DNA of 63,892 nt, filler included, from an uncultured bacterium (GTDB lineage Bacteria; DAOPZR01): NCBI GenBank assembly GCA_964637655.1. It is 6 parts of 6 records of this genome, joined end to end, with 100 filler letters (N's around TTAATTAATTAA, not from the genome) between each part and the next. Parts side by side here need not be neighbours in the genome. Positions count along the whole stretch, not along the records: positions 32,713 to 43,296 come from CAZWUZ010000121.1; positions 43,397 to 53,939 come from CAZWUZ010000122.1; 4 more parts are not named here. The stretch is one strand, 5' to 3'. Positions 40,214 through 50,011 of the stretch are shown piece by piece. The stretch's first letter is position 1, and each line of letters begins with the position of its first letter. The notes beneath the pieces were generated by a model that searched no databases, was not told the DNA's origin, and worked only from the letters and a program-made list of their open reading frames with translations. Position numbers and translations under genes: made by a program.

Positions 40214-42469
40214 ATGATCATCGACCGGCATATCGACGGGCTTGTCATCCACGCGGACGAGCCGGTCAGCGCGGCACTCCGCCGCATCGACGCCAACCGC
40301 AACCGCCTCGTCTTCGTCGTCGACGGCAACCGCCGCCTCGAGGGGATTCTGACCGACGGCGATTTCCGGCGCTGGCTGCTGGCGCAGGCGCAGCCCGACC
40401 TGCAGCGCCCGGTGCGCGAGGCAATGCGCCCCGACTGCCGCCGTGCGCGCCTCAACGACCCGCCCGCGCGCATCACGGCGCTGTTCAGCGAGCAGGTGAG
40501 TTTCCTGCCGCTGCTCGACGCGCAGGACCATCTGGTCGCCGTGGCCCGCCCGCGGCGGCGCCACGACGCCTTCACCATCGGTCCCTTCACCCTTGACGCG
40601 CAGAGCCCGGTCTTCGTCATCGCCGAGGTCGGCATCAACCACAACGGCGACCCGGCCCTGGCGCGGCGCCTGGTCGATGCCGCCGCCGACGCGGGTGCCG
40701 ACTGCGTCAAGTTCCAGATGCGCAACCTCGCCGACCTCTACCGCAACGCGGGCGATGCCACCGATGCGCGTGAGGACCTCGGCACGCAGTACACACTCGA
40801 CCTGCTCTCCCGGTTCGAACTCGACCCGGATGAAATGCTGCGCCTCTTCACCTACTGTCACGAGCGCGAAATCTTCCCCTTCGTCACGCCCTGGGACCTG
40901 GCGACGCTGCAGTACCTCGAACAGCACGGCCTGCAGGCCTACAAGGTGGCCTCGGCCGACCTGACCAACCACGACCTGCTGACCGCGCTGGCGCGCACGG
41001 GCAAGCCGCTCATCTGCTCGACCGGGATGGCGAGCGAAGCGGAGATCATCGAGTCGGTCAACCTGTTGCGGCGCGAGGGGGCGCAATACGCGCTGCTGCA
41101 CTGCAACTCGACCTACCCCGCCCCGTTCAAGGACCTCAACCTGCGCTACCTGACGCGGCTGCGCGAGATCGGGGAGTGCCCGGTCGGCTACTCGGGCCAC
41201 GAGCGCGGCTGGCACATCGCCGTGGCGGCCGTGGCACGCGGCGCGAAAATCATCGAGAAGCACATCACCGTCGACCGCACGCTCGAGGGGAACGACCACC
41301 AGGTGTCGCTGCTCCCCGACGAGTTCGCCGAGATGGTGCGCCGCATCCGCGAGACGGAACAGGCGCTGGGGAGCGGGGAAGCGCGGGCGCTCACCCAGGG
41401 CGAGATGATGAACCGCACGACGCTGGCCAAGAGTGTCGTCGTCACGCGCGCGGTGCGCGCGGGCGAGGTCATCACGGCTGACCTGCTCGGGGTCAAGAGC
41501 CCCGGGCGCGGGCTGCAGCCCAACCGCAAGGCCGACCTCGTCGGGCGCCCCGCGCGGCGCGACATGCAGGCGGGCGACTTCTTCTTTCCCAGCGACCTCG
41601 ACGACCAGGCGGTGCAGGCGCGCCCGTACCGTTTCCGCCGCCCGTGGGGCGTGGCGGTGCGCTACCACGACTACCGCGCCATCCTCGCCAAATCGAACCC
41701 CGACTTCATCGAGTTCCACCTTTCCTACAAGGACATGGAACTCGACCACACGCAGTTTTTCGACCGGCCGTACCCCGCGCTCGGCTTCACCGTGCACAGC
41801 CCCGACCTTTTCCCGGGGGACCACCTGCTCAACCTCGCCGACGCGGACGATGCGCACCGCGCCCGCTCGGTGGCCGAACTGCAGCGCGTGGTCGACCTGA
41901 CGCGCGACCTCAAGCGCTGGTTCCCGTCGGTGGAGCGCCCGCTGATCATCGCCTCGCTCGGGGGCTACACCCGCGACCGCATCCTCGACGGGCCCGAGCG
42001 CATGGCCGCCTACGCGCGGCTCGAGGCGTCGCTGCGGCAGATCGACGCGACGGGGGTGGAGATCATCGCGCAGACCCTGCCCCCCTTCCCCTGGTACTTC
42101 GGCGGCCAGCTCTATTTGTCGCTCTTCATGCAGGCGGAGGACACCCGCGATTTCTGCCGGCGCACGGGCCTGCGTCTCTGTTTCGACATCTCGCACAGCA
42201 AACTCGCCTGCACGCATTTCAAATGGTCGTTCAAGGAGTTCACCGACATCGTCGCCCCGTACACCGCGCACCTGCATATCGCTGACGCGCGCGGCGTCGA
42301 CGGCGAGGGGCTGCAGGTGGGCGAGGGCGACCTCGATTTCGTCCTGCTCGCCGAGCAGCTCGAACGGCACTGCCCGCGCGCCTCGTTCATCCCGGAGATC
42401 TGGCAGGGTCACAAGAACGACGGCGAGGGGTTCTGGCAGGCGCTGGAACGCCTCGAGGCATGGTTCTGA
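40214..42469 (+). CDS. neuB: NeuB-family nonulosonic acid synthase fusion: CBS pair - NeuB - SAF - xylose-isomerase-like TIM barrel
   Basis: GILTDGDFRR (CBS); IAEVGINHNG, KFQ, KVASAD, LHCNSTYP, GYSGHE, IEKHIT; KSPGRGL (SAF); CFDISH, HLHIAD, PEIWQGH. Confidence 0.9.
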   Translation: MIIDRHIDGLVIHADEPVSAALRRIDANRNRLVFVVDGNRRLEGILTDGDFRRWLLAQAQPDLQRPVREAMRPDCRRARLNDPPARITALFSEQVSFLPLLDAQDHLVAVARPRRRHDAFTIGPFTLDAQSPVFVIAEVGINHNGDPALARRLVDAAADAGADCVKFQMRNLADLYRNAGDATDAREDLGTQYTLDLLSRFELDPDEMLRLFTYCHEREIFPFVTPWDLATLQYLEQHGLQAYKVASADLTNHDLLTALARTGKPLICSTGMASEAEIIESVNLLRREGAQYALLHCNSTYPAPFKDLNLRYLTRLREIGECPVGYSGHERGWHIAVAAVARGAKIIEKHITVDRTLEGNDHQVSLLPDEFAEMVRRIRETEQALGSGEARALTQGEMMNRTTLAKSVVVTRAVRAGEVITADLLGVKSPGRGLQPNRKADLVGRPARRDMQAGDFFFPSDLDDQAVQARPYRFRRPWGVAVRYHDYRAILAKSNPDFIEFHLSYKDMELDHTQFFDRPYPALGFTVHSPDLFPGDHLLNLADADDAHRARSVAELQRVVDLTRDLKRWFPSVERPLIIASLGGYTRDRILDGPERMAAYARLEASLRQIDATGVEIIAQTLPPFPWYFGGQLYLSLFMQAEDTRDFCRRTGLRLCFDISHSKLACTHFKWSFKEFTDIVAPYTAHLHIADARGVDGEGLQVGEGDLDFVLLAEQLERHCPRASFIPEIWQGHKNDGEGFWQALERLEAWF

Positions 42470-42470
42470 G

Positions 42471-43124
42471 ATGAAGCTTTCGGCGTTGATCCCGCTGCGC
42501 GGGGGGAGCAAGAGCATCCCGCGCAAGAACATCCGCGACCTGGCAGGCAGACCGCTCTGCGCCTGGGTGCTGCAGGCCGCGCGGGATTCCGGGCTGTTTG
42601 GCGAGATCGCGGTCTCCACCGACGACGCGGAAATCGCCGCGGTGGTGCGCGCGCACGATCCCGCCTGCCGCATCATCGACCGCCCGGCCGCGCTGGCCAC
42701 CGACACCGCCACCACCGACGCGGTCATGCGGCACGCGCTCGACCACCTCGCCGGCGACGTGCTCTGCACCCTGCAGGCAACCTCGCCGCTGACGGAGGCG
42801 CAGCACCTGCGCGACGCCTGGGCGCAATTCCAGCGCGAGGGGCGCGACAGCATGGTGACCGGGGTGCTGACGGGAAAATTCATCTGGACGCTTGACGGCA
42901 CACCGCTCAACTACGACCCGCGGCAGCGTCCGATGCGCCAGCAGTTTGCCGGCAGCGTCATGGAGAACGGCGCCTTCTACTTCACGAAGCGCGAGTTGCT
43001 GCTACGCGAACAGTGCCGGCTGGGGGGCAGCATCGGGGTCTTTGTCATGCCGCCGGAGTGCGACACGGAACTCGACGAACCCGCCGACTGGGAAACCGTG
43101 GCGCGCCTGCTGGCCACCCGCTGA
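42471..43124 (+). CDS. neuA: Acylneuraminate cytidylyltransferase (CMP-nonulosonate synthetase)
   Basis: IPLRGGSKSIPRKN, VSTDD, RPAALATD, LQATSPL, ENGAFY, ELDEPADW. Confidence 0.9.
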   Translation: MKLSALIPLRGGSKSIPRKNIRDLAGRPLCAWVLQAARDSGLFGEIAVSTDDAEIAAVVRAHDPACRIIDRPAALATDTATTDAVMRHALDHLAGDVLCTLQATSPLTEAQHLRDAWAQFQREGRDSMVTGVLTGKFIWTLDGTPLNYDPRQRPMRQQFAGSVMENGAFYFTKRELLLREQCRLGGSIGVFVMPPECDTELDEPADWETVARLLATR

Positions 43125-43127
43125 GAC

Positions 43128-43296
43128 TTACGTTCCCGCGATAAAAAAGAGTGTATCGGTAAGCTGCTGCACTTCGAGCGTGGCGCGGTACTGCCGGTCG
43201 GTGGTCTCCCCGAAGAGCGCGCGATACTCCGCGTTGCCCCCGGGTTTCCCCGCCTGCAGCCAGTGCAGGTGATTGTCCAGTCCGAAACGCTGCCAG
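43128..43296 (-). CDS. C-terminal fragment of a probable class I SAM methyltransferase-like protein
   Basis: Hand translation ...WQRFGLDNHLHWLQAGKPGG...LTDTLFFIAGT-stop; resembles methyltransferase tails recalled from sugar clusters (unverified). Confidence 0.45.
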
Positions 43297-43396
43297 NNNN
43301 NNNNNNNNNNNNNNNNNNNNNNNNNNNNNNNNNNNNNNNNTTAATTAATTAANNNNNNNNNNNNNNNNNNNNNNNNNNNNNNNNNNNNNNNNNNNN
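43297..43396. other. Artificial contig linker
   Basis: N44-TTAATTAATTAA-N44. Confidence 0.99.
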
Positions 43397-43647
43397 TTGA
43401 CGTGGCGGCGCTCGCCGCGCGCGTCGAGGAGACGCTGCGCGACTGCCGTGAGCCGCTGACGGTGGCGGTGATGGGGTGCGTGGTGAACGGGCCGGGCGAG
43501 GCGCGCGGCGCGGATCTCGGCATTTGCGGCGGGCGCGGGCAGGGGCTGCTCTTCCGCAAGGGGGAGACCGTGCGCACCATGCCCGAGGCGGAACTGCTCG
43601 ACGCGCTGCGTGCAGAAATCGCGGCGCTGCGGCGGGAGCGGCAGTGA
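43397..43647 (+). CDS. ispG: HMBPP synthase IspG, C-terminal fragment
   Basis: VAVMGCVVNGPGEARGADLGI. Confidence 0.9.
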
Positions 43648-44462
43648 ACGCCGACCTGCACGTCCACACGACGTTTTCCGACGGGCTCTATCCGCCGGCG
43701 GAGGTGGTGCGCCGTGCGCGCGCGGCGGGACTCGACCTGATTGCCATCACCGACCACGACACGGCGGCAGGAGTCGATGCGGCCGTGGCAGCAGGGCGTG
43801 CTTGCGGACTGCGGGTGGTGCCGGGCATCGAGTTTTCCGCGGAGCGCGGGCGGGTCGAATACCATATTCTCGGCTATGGTCTCGACGTGCACCATCCACT
43901 GATCGAGGCGAAGGTGCGCGAGATCCAGCAAGGGCGCGCGCGGCGGGCGGAGCGCATTGTGGAACTGCTGCGCGGGCAGGGGATAACGCTGCCGGCGGAG
44001 AAACTGGTGCCGCCGGCGGGGGGCGTCATCGGGCGCATGCACATCGCCCGCCTGCTGCACGCGGCGGGGAAGGTGAGCAGCGTCGATGAGGCGTTCGTGC
44101 GCTACCTGCGTCGCGGACGTCCCGCCTACGTGCCGCATACTCCGCTCGACCCGGCTGACATCATCCGCCTCATCGGCGTGTCGGGCGGCCTCGCGGTCTG
44201 GGCCCACCCGAAATTCAGCAACCACGACGGCATCCTGCCGGAACTGATGACGGCGGGACTGCGCGGGCTGGAAGCATACCATTACGACCATTCGGCAGCG
44301 GAGCGGGAACGCTACGCGGCGCTGGCCGGGCGGCACGGCCTGCTGGTGACGGGCGGGTCTGACTGGCATGGCGACGACACGCGCAACGCGCTCGGGTCGG
44401 TGGTGCTGCCGGGCGAGACGCTGGCGGGTTTCCTCGCGGCGTTGCCCGCTGCCGCCGGTTGA
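43644..44462 (+). CDS. PHP-domain metal-dependent phosphoesterase
   Basis: DLHVHTTFSDG, ITDHD, HILGY, AHP, GGSDWHG; GTGA overlap with ispG. Confidence 0.92.
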   Translation: MNADLHVHTTFSDGLYPPAEVVRRARAAGLDLIAITDHDTAAGVDAAVAAGRACGLRVVPGIEFSAERGRVEYHILGYGLDVHHPLIEAKVREIQQGRARRAERIVELLRGQGITLPAEKLVPPAGGVIGRMHIARLLHAAGKVSSVDEAFVRYLRRGRPAYVPHTPLDPADIIRLIGVSGGLAVWAHPKFSNHDGILPELMTAGLRGLEAYHYDHSAAERERYAALAGRHGLLVTGGSDWHGDDTRNALGSVVLPGETLAGFLAALPAAAG

Positions 44463-44466
44463 CGGG

Positions 44467-44495
44467 TTGCGCAAACCGCCCGTAACTGTTATAGT
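44467..44495 (+). promoter_or_regulatory. Putative sigma70 promoter of the diguanylate cyclase gene
   Basis: TTGCGC-17 nt-TATAGT with TG extended -10. Confidence 0.5.
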
Positions 44496-44546
44496 AAAAG
44501 CGTGTCACATCTGACAGGTCCGCATCGTTGAGCGGTGCGGGGGGGA

Positions 44547-46340
44547 ATGATGACTGACGCTGCCGACAAGCCGCGCCTGAAGCAGATACGCTACGACCTG
44601 CGCAAGAAGATCTCCACCATTATGGCGGGGGTGCTCGTGGTCAACGCGCTGGCGCTGCTCGCCTTCGTCACCTGGCTCTCTGCGGACCTCGAAACGGAGC
44701 ATATCCGCCGCTACGGGCGCGAGTCCGTGCAGATGCTCGAGGGGTTCATCAAGACGCGCACGGGGAGCATCTACCGCACGTCGTCGGGTACCCGCGATTC
44801 GGTGCAGAAATACCTCAACGAACTGCGCGACGCCGTCCCCTATTTCCGCTGCCTCATCCTCTATGACGACAACGGCAAGGTGCTGCTGCAGTCGGTGCGC
44901 CCGGGCGAGGTGGCGTCGCCGCTGTCGCTCGAACAGCTGAAGGCGGGTGGCGGGCGCACCGCGTATGTGTCCCGGGTGCAGACGCGCGGGCGCGGCGCCA
45001 CGATTCCCAAGGAATGGATCTATATCCACGCGGTCTACAAAAAACCGGCCATCGACTGGGAACACAGCATCCTCTACAGCGTGCTGGTCATCCTCGCACT
45101 GACCCTGCTGTCGCTGATCGTCACCTACCGCTGGGCGCAGAAAATGGCGCGTCCGCTGCGCGAGGTCATCCAGGTGGCTGACGAAGTGGCGCAGGGGCAG
45201 GCCTTCCGCGAGGTCAAGGCGAAGAGTTCCGACGAGGCGGGGGTTATCGCGTCGCTGTTCAACGACATCAACAAGCGCCTGCAGGACCGCATCAACGACA
45301 TGGCCATGATGCAGCTCTGGTCGATGGATATCGGCGCGGAACTCGACCGCGAGGCACTCTACAACCTCATCGTCACCACCTTTGCCAACGCCACCGGGGC
45401 GCGGCGGGTGGCGCTGCTGCTGCGCGAGAAGGGGCGGGCGACGCTGGCGGTGGCGGCGGGGCTGCACGTGGTCAACGCCCGCCTGACCCCGGCGGGTGAT
45501 GAGGGGCTGGCGGGTGCGGTTGTCGGCACCGAGAACTTCGTCATGACGCGCGACATCGCGCAGCATCCCGAGGCGCACCTCTTTGCCGCCGACCCGGCGA
45601 CGCTGCCGGCCGATTCCTGCTACCTCGCGCTCCCCATCATCGCGCAGATGAAGGTGATCGGGGTGCTCATCCTCGGGGACCGCGCGGTCGATCGTGACCG
45701 GGATTTCGACCCGGAATCAGTCATTCTCTTCCAGACACTGGCGACGGCGGCGGGGAGCGCGCTGGAGAACGCACGCCTCTACGAACTGGCGATCACCGAT
45801 GAACTGACGCGGGTCTATATCCGGCGTTTCTACAACCAGCGCATGTTCGAGGAAATCGAGCGGGCGGCCAACGAGCAGACCCCGCTGTCGCTGATCATGC
45901 TCGACATCGACCACTTCAAGAAGTTCAATGACACCTACGGGCATCAGACCGGCGATCGCGTGCTCATCGCGCTGGCGCACGTGCTGCGCGAGACGGTGCG
46001 CGGCATCGACGTCAAGGAGGCGGAGCGGCGGCGCGATATCGTCGCCCGCTACGGCGGCGAGGAATTCTCGGTCATTCTCCCCAATACCGGGGTGCAGGGG
46101 GCGCTGGCGGTGGCGGAACGCCTGCGCCACAACGTCGAGACCTTCACCGGCATGCGCTCCGACGAGGGACAGCAGCTCTCCATCACCATCTCGCTGGGGG
46201 TGGCCGAATGGCAGCCGGGGCAGTCGGCGGACCACCTGCTGCACTGCGCGGACGACGCGCTCTACGAGGCCAAGCACCGCGGGCGCAACCGCGCGATCGC
46301 CTGGCCCTTCACCGCGGAACAGCCGCCGGCCGGCGCCTGA
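44547..46340 (+). CDS. Membrane diguanylate cyclase (TM-sensor-TM-HAMP-GAF-GGDEF)
   Basis: Two TM helices, HAMP, GAF (LALPII..IGVL..ALENARLY), DELT, DIDHFKKFNDTYGH, RxxD I-site, RYGGEEF. Confidence 0.93.
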   Translation: MMTDAADKPRLKQIRYDLRKKISTIMAGVLVVNALALLAFVTWLSADLETEHIRRYGRESVQMLEGFIKTRTGSIYRTSSGTRDSVQKYLNELRDAVPYFRCLILYDDNGKVLLQSVRPGEVASPLSLEQLKAGGGRTAYVSRVQTRGRGATIPKEWIYIHAVYKKPAIDWEHSILYSVLVILALTLLSLIVTYRWAQKMARPLREVIQVADEVAQGQAFREVKAKSSDEAGVIASLFNDINKRLQDRINDMAMMQLWSMDIGAELDREALYNLIVTTFANATGARRVALLLREKGRATLAVAAGLHVVNARLTPAGDEGLAGAVVGTENFVMTRDIAQHPEAHLFAADPATLPADSCYLALPIIAQMKVIGVLILGDRAVDRDRDFDPESVILFQTLATAAGSALENARLYELAITDELTRVYIRRFYNQRMFEEIERAANEQTPLSLIMLDIDHFKKFNDTYGHQTGDRVLIALAHVLRETVRGIDVKEAERRRDIVARYGGEEFSVILPNTGVQGALAVAERLRHNVETFTGMRSDEGQQLSITISLGVAEWQPGQSADHLLHCADDALYEAKHRGRNRAIAWPFTAEQPPAGA

Positions 46341-46347
46341 CGCGCGC

Positions 46348-46920
46348 GTGCAGCGCACCGGCGAACGCGTCCTCGGGCGGGGACGCTGGTTGACGCTGCG
46401 CGAACTCACCTACCGTACCGCTGACGGGCACGACCTGCGGTGGGAATGCCTCGAGCGGGTCAACCGTCCCCCCGGTATCGTCTGCATCGCCACGCTGCGC
46501 CCGTCGGGACGCTGCGTCCTCATCCGTCAGTACCGGCTCGGGCTCGAACGTACGGTGACCGGGTTCCCCGCCGGGCTGGTCGAGGACGGCGACATAGCGG
46601 CGGCGGCGGTGCGCGAACTGCGCGAGGAGACCGGCTACCACGGCACGGTCAGCGCGGTGAGTCCGCCCGTGGTGACCGGGGCGGGGATCAGCAACGAACT
46701 GATGCACGTGGCGGTGCTGGATGTGGACGAAACCGCTCCCGCCAATCGCGACCCGCGCCCGGACCTCGCGGCAGATGAACAGATCGCGACCGTGCTTGTC
46801 ACGGAGGCGGAATTGCCGGCATTTTTCGCAGCGGAGGTAGCGCGCGGGCACCTGCTGGCGGCCGGGCCGTGGTACTGGTTTATGGCGCGGGCGGTTGCCA
46901 ACGGCGTCTGCATATGTTAG
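46348..46920 (+). CDS. NUDIX hydrolase (ADP-ribose pyrophosphatase-like)
   Basis: LIRQYR, FPAGLVEDGDIAAAAVRELREETG Nudix box; start uncertain. Confidence 0.88.
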   Translation: MQRTGERVLGRGRWLTLRELTYRTADGHDLRWECLERVNRPPGIVCIATLRPSGRCVLIRQYRLGLERTVTGFPAGLVEDGDIAAAAVRELREETGYHGTVSAVSPPVVTGAGISNELMHVAVLDVDETAPANRDPRPDLAADEQIATVLVTEAELPAFFAAEVARGHLLAAGPWYWFMARAVANGVCIC

Positions 46921-46966
46921 ATTCACCCTGCAAGCAGGAAACCTACAGGTAACGGAGGAACGGACG

Positions 46967-48022
46967 ATGATTCGGCTGGTGTCGTGGAGTGTCGTGCTGG
47001 TGCTGGTACTGCCGCTGGCAGTGCTGGCGGACGTGGTGACCCTGACGGACGGCAGCATGATTACCGGGCAGGTGAGTGTCGGGACGGAGACCGTGGCGGT
47101 AAGCAATGCGCTCGGCACGCTTGTCGTGCAGCGGTCGCTGGTCGCCGCGGTGCGGCGTGATGTTCCGGCCGCGACCGGTATCCCCGTCTATGCCGCCCCG
47201 GCGGCCCCCTACACGGCCCAGTCGCCGTACGCGCCATACGCGAACGCGCAGTGGCCGTACGGCTACGGCGTGACCCCGGTGGTACCGCAGGGGAATTATG
47301 CCGCGCCGCTGGCGGCCACGGCCCTGCCGCCCTACCAGGCGCCGGTTATCACTGAACAGATGAGCACCCCCTATGACCAGCTGCTGCAGGTGACCGCCGC
47401 GGCGGCGCCGGTGCGGCGTGGCCCGGGGACGCAGTATGCCATCAGCCACAGCGTCAACCGCGACGACGTGCTCTACCGCGTCGGCCATACCGACGGGTGG
47501 TACCAGGTGGTCACGCGCACCAACGTCACCGGCTGGATCAATGCCGAAGCGGTGGCAGCGATGGGGAGCGGCCCCGACCTGACCCCGTACCAGTGGGACT
47601 ACCGTATGCCGCAGGCCGACCTGCTGGTGACCGCGCCGACGCTGAACGTGCGTTCCGGCCCGGGCATGCAGCATGTGGTAATCGATCAGCTCTACCGTCA
47701 CGACGCGGTGAAGACCATCGCGCGCGAGGGGGCGTGGGTGCGCATCGAGTATCTCGATCCGACCGCGCACACCGGCTGGGTGCACGGACAGCACGTGGTT
47801 GACCTCTACCGCTACGTCAGGACGCTGCTCATCCGCGCGCAGTATGACGAAGTGGTGAGCATCGGGGAACCGGTGCTGCCGGCGCTGGCGGAACTGCTGT
47901 CGCATGAGGACTGGCGCCTGCGCCACGCGGCGACGATGGTGCGCGACAAGATTGTCGCCAACCGCGCTTTCGTCCCCGGCATGACCTCGTTCAATTACGA
48001 AGCGGCGCGCCCGGCGCGCTGA
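46967..48022 (+). CDS. Secreted protein with two SH3b domains, Pro/Tyr-rich linker and C-terminal HEAT-like helix pair
   Basis: GGAGG RBS, signal peptide ..VLA-D; VRRGPG..GWYQV..GWI and LNVRSGPG..WVRI..GWVH; IGEPVLPALAELL..DWRLR. Confidence 0.8.
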   Translation: MIRLVSWSVVLVLVLPLAVLADVVTLTDGSMITGQVSVGTETVAVSNALGTLVVQRSLVAAVRRDVPAATGIPVYAAPAAPYTAQSPYAPYANAQWPYGYGVTPVVPQGNYAAPLAATALPPYQAPVITEQMSTPYDQLLQVTAAAAPVRRGPGTQYAISHSVNRDDVLYRVGHTDGWYQVVTRTNVTGWINAEAVAAMGSGPDLTPYQWDYRMPQADLLVTAPTLNVRSGPGMQHVVIDQLYRHDAVKTIAREGAWVRIEYLDPTAHTGWVHGQHVVDLYRYVRTLLIRAQYDEVVSIGEPVLPALAELLSHEDWRLRHAATMVRDKIVANRAFVPGMTSFNYEAARPAR

Positions 48023-48033
48023 AGGAGAAGACC

Positions 48034-49095
48034 ATGAGCAAGCCCGCGCTGACCCTGGAATTCCTGCAGACGCTGCCCAAGACCGACCTGCACTGCCATC
48101 TCGACGGGTCGCTGCGCGTCGACTCGGTGCTCGACATGGCGCGCGGGCACGGCGTGACGCTGCCGGTGATGGAACCGGCGGCGCTGAAGAAGATGCTGGT
48201 GATGGACGAAAACTGCCGCTCGCTGGTGGATTACCTCAAGGCGTTCGATATCACGCTGCAGGTGCTGCAGTGGGAGGACTGCCTCGAACGCGCCGCCTAC
48301 GAGCTGGCCATTGACGCGTACAAGGAAAACGTCGTCTATCTCGAAGTGCGCTATGCCCCCTGCCTGCACCTGCGTGAGGGACTGACCCTGCAGCAGGTGA
48401 ACGATGCGGTTATCCGCGGGCTCAAGCAGGCGGAGAGCGAGACGAAGATCAAGACCGGGGTGATCATCTGCGGCATCCGCATGATGCCGCCGGCGGAATC
48501 GCTGCGTCTGGCGGAACTGTCGGTCGAATACAAGGGGAAGGGCGTGGTCGGTTTCGATCTCGCCGGGGCCGAGGCGAACTTCCCCGCCAAGCATCACCGC
48601 GAGGCCTACTACCTCGTGCTCGACAACAACATCAACTGCACCTGCCACGCGGGCGAGGCGTTCGGGCCCGAGAGCATCTCGCAGGCGCTGCACTACTGCG
48701 GGGCGCATCGCATCGGGCACGGCACGCGGCTGAAGGAGAATCACGACCTGCTCGATTATGTCAACGACCACCGCATCCCGCTGGAGATCTGCCCGACGAG
48801 CAATGTGCAGACCTGCGCGGTCGAGTCCATGGAGACGCACCCGCTGCGCTTCTATTACGACTATGGTTTGCGCGTGACAGTCAACACCGACAACCGGCTG
48901 ATTTCGGATACCACCTCGTCGCGCGAGCTGCTGGTTGCCGCGCAGGCCTTCGGGTTCGCGTTGCCGGACATCAAGAACCTGATTATTCACGGGGTGAAGA
49001 GTTCGTTCCTCGGATTCAGCGACAAGGTCAAACTGCTGCGCGCGGTCATCCGCGAAATCGACGACAAGTGCGGTTTCGAGTCGAAGGACTACTGA
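48034..49095 (+). CDS. add: Adenosine deaminase
   Basis: LPKTDLHCHLDGS, YLEVRYAP, GFDLAGAE, HAGE, RIGHG, EICPTSN, NTDN. Confidence 0.93.
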   Translation: MSKPALTLEFLQTLPKTDLHCHLDGSLRVDSVLDMARGHGVTLPVMEPAALKKMLVMDENCRSLVDYLKAFDITLQVLQWEDCLERAAYELAIDAYKENVVYLEVRYAPCLHLREGLTLQQVNDAVIRGLKQAESETKIKTGVIICGIRMMPPAESLRLAELSVEYKGKGVVGFDLAGAEANFPAKHHREAYYLVLDNNINCTCHAGEAFGPESISQALHYCGAHRIGHGTRLKENHDLLDYVNDHRIPLEICPTSNVQTCAVESMETHPLRFYYDYGLRVTVNTDNRLISDTTSSRELLVAAQAFGFALPDIKNLIIHGVKSSFLGFSDKVKLLRAVIREIDDKCGFESKDY

Positions 49096-49105
49096 CCGGC
49101 AGCCG

Positions 49106-50011
49106 ATGGAGCCCGCGACGCACCTGGTCAGCGCCATCGCGCTGAACCCCGTCGCGTCCGGCGGTGACCGCTTTACCCGGCTGGTTTTTCCCGTTGCCGC
49201 CATCGCCCCTGATTTTGATTATGCCTTCCGCCTGCTGGGCGAGGACATCCTCATGGCCGCGCATCGCGGCCTGACGCATTCGCTGGCCGCGCTGCTGTTG
49301 ACCGCCGCCGCCGCCGCCCTGCTGGCACGACACCTGCATCTCGACGCGTGGCGCTGGGCGCGCCTGTGGGGCGCGGGTTTTCTCCTGCACCTGGGGCTCG
49401 ACATCCTCACCCCGTACGGCATACCGCTGCTCTGGCCGTTGTCCGGCATCGTCGCCCTGCCCTGGTGCGCGTCCATCGACCCGCTGCTGCTGCTGCTGTC
49501 GCTGGCGGGGATTCTTGCGCGCCTGACCTGGCTGCCCGCGTCACTGACCGTGGCGGCGACGGGTGCGCTGGTGCTGGCGCTCTACGCCGGCTATCGTGCG
49601 CTGCTCTGTACCGCGGTGGTTGCGGCCATGCCGCCGGGGACGATCGTGATCGCGCATCCGCAGCAGCCGGCGGCGTGGCTGGCGACGCGCGCGGCGGGGA
49701 ACGGGTTCCTCGCTGTGCGGGCGGAAGCGCGCCTGCCAGGGCGGGTGACAACGGGCGCCTGGCGGCTGTTTCCCGCGCCCGACACAGCGGCGGCCGCCGC
49801 GGTGTCGGCGACGCGCGGCCTGTGGCAGGTGCGCGAATTCCAGCGCATGACGCCGCAGCCCGCGGTGCAGGCGGAACGGCAGGATGACGGGTGGCGCGTG
49901 CGCTGGCTCGACGCGCGCTACCTGCTTGCCCCGCAGCAGCGGGCGCGGGCCACGGTGGAACTCGACGCGGCACTGCAGGTGCGCGCGGCGCGGCTGGCGT
50001 ACGGGCAATGA
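49106..50011 (+). CDS. Membrane-bound metal-dependent hydrolase (YdjM family)
   Basis: MEPATH, APDFD, HRGLTHSL, HLGLDILTPYG..LLWP. Confidence 0.85.
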   Translation: MEPATHLVSAIALNPVASGGDRFTRLVFPVAAIAPDFDYAFRLLGEDILMAAHRGLTHSLAALLLTAAAAALLARHLHLDAWRWARLWGAGFLLHLGLDILTPYGIPLLWPLSGIVALPWCASIDPLLLLLSLAGILARLTWLPASLTVAATGALVLALYAGYRALLCTAVVAAMPPGTIVIAHPQQPAAWLATRAAGNGFLAVRAEARLPGRVTTGAWRLFPAPDTAAAAAVSATRGLWQVREFQRMTPQPAVQAERQDDGWRVRWLDARYLLAPQQRARATVELDAALQVRAARLAYGQ

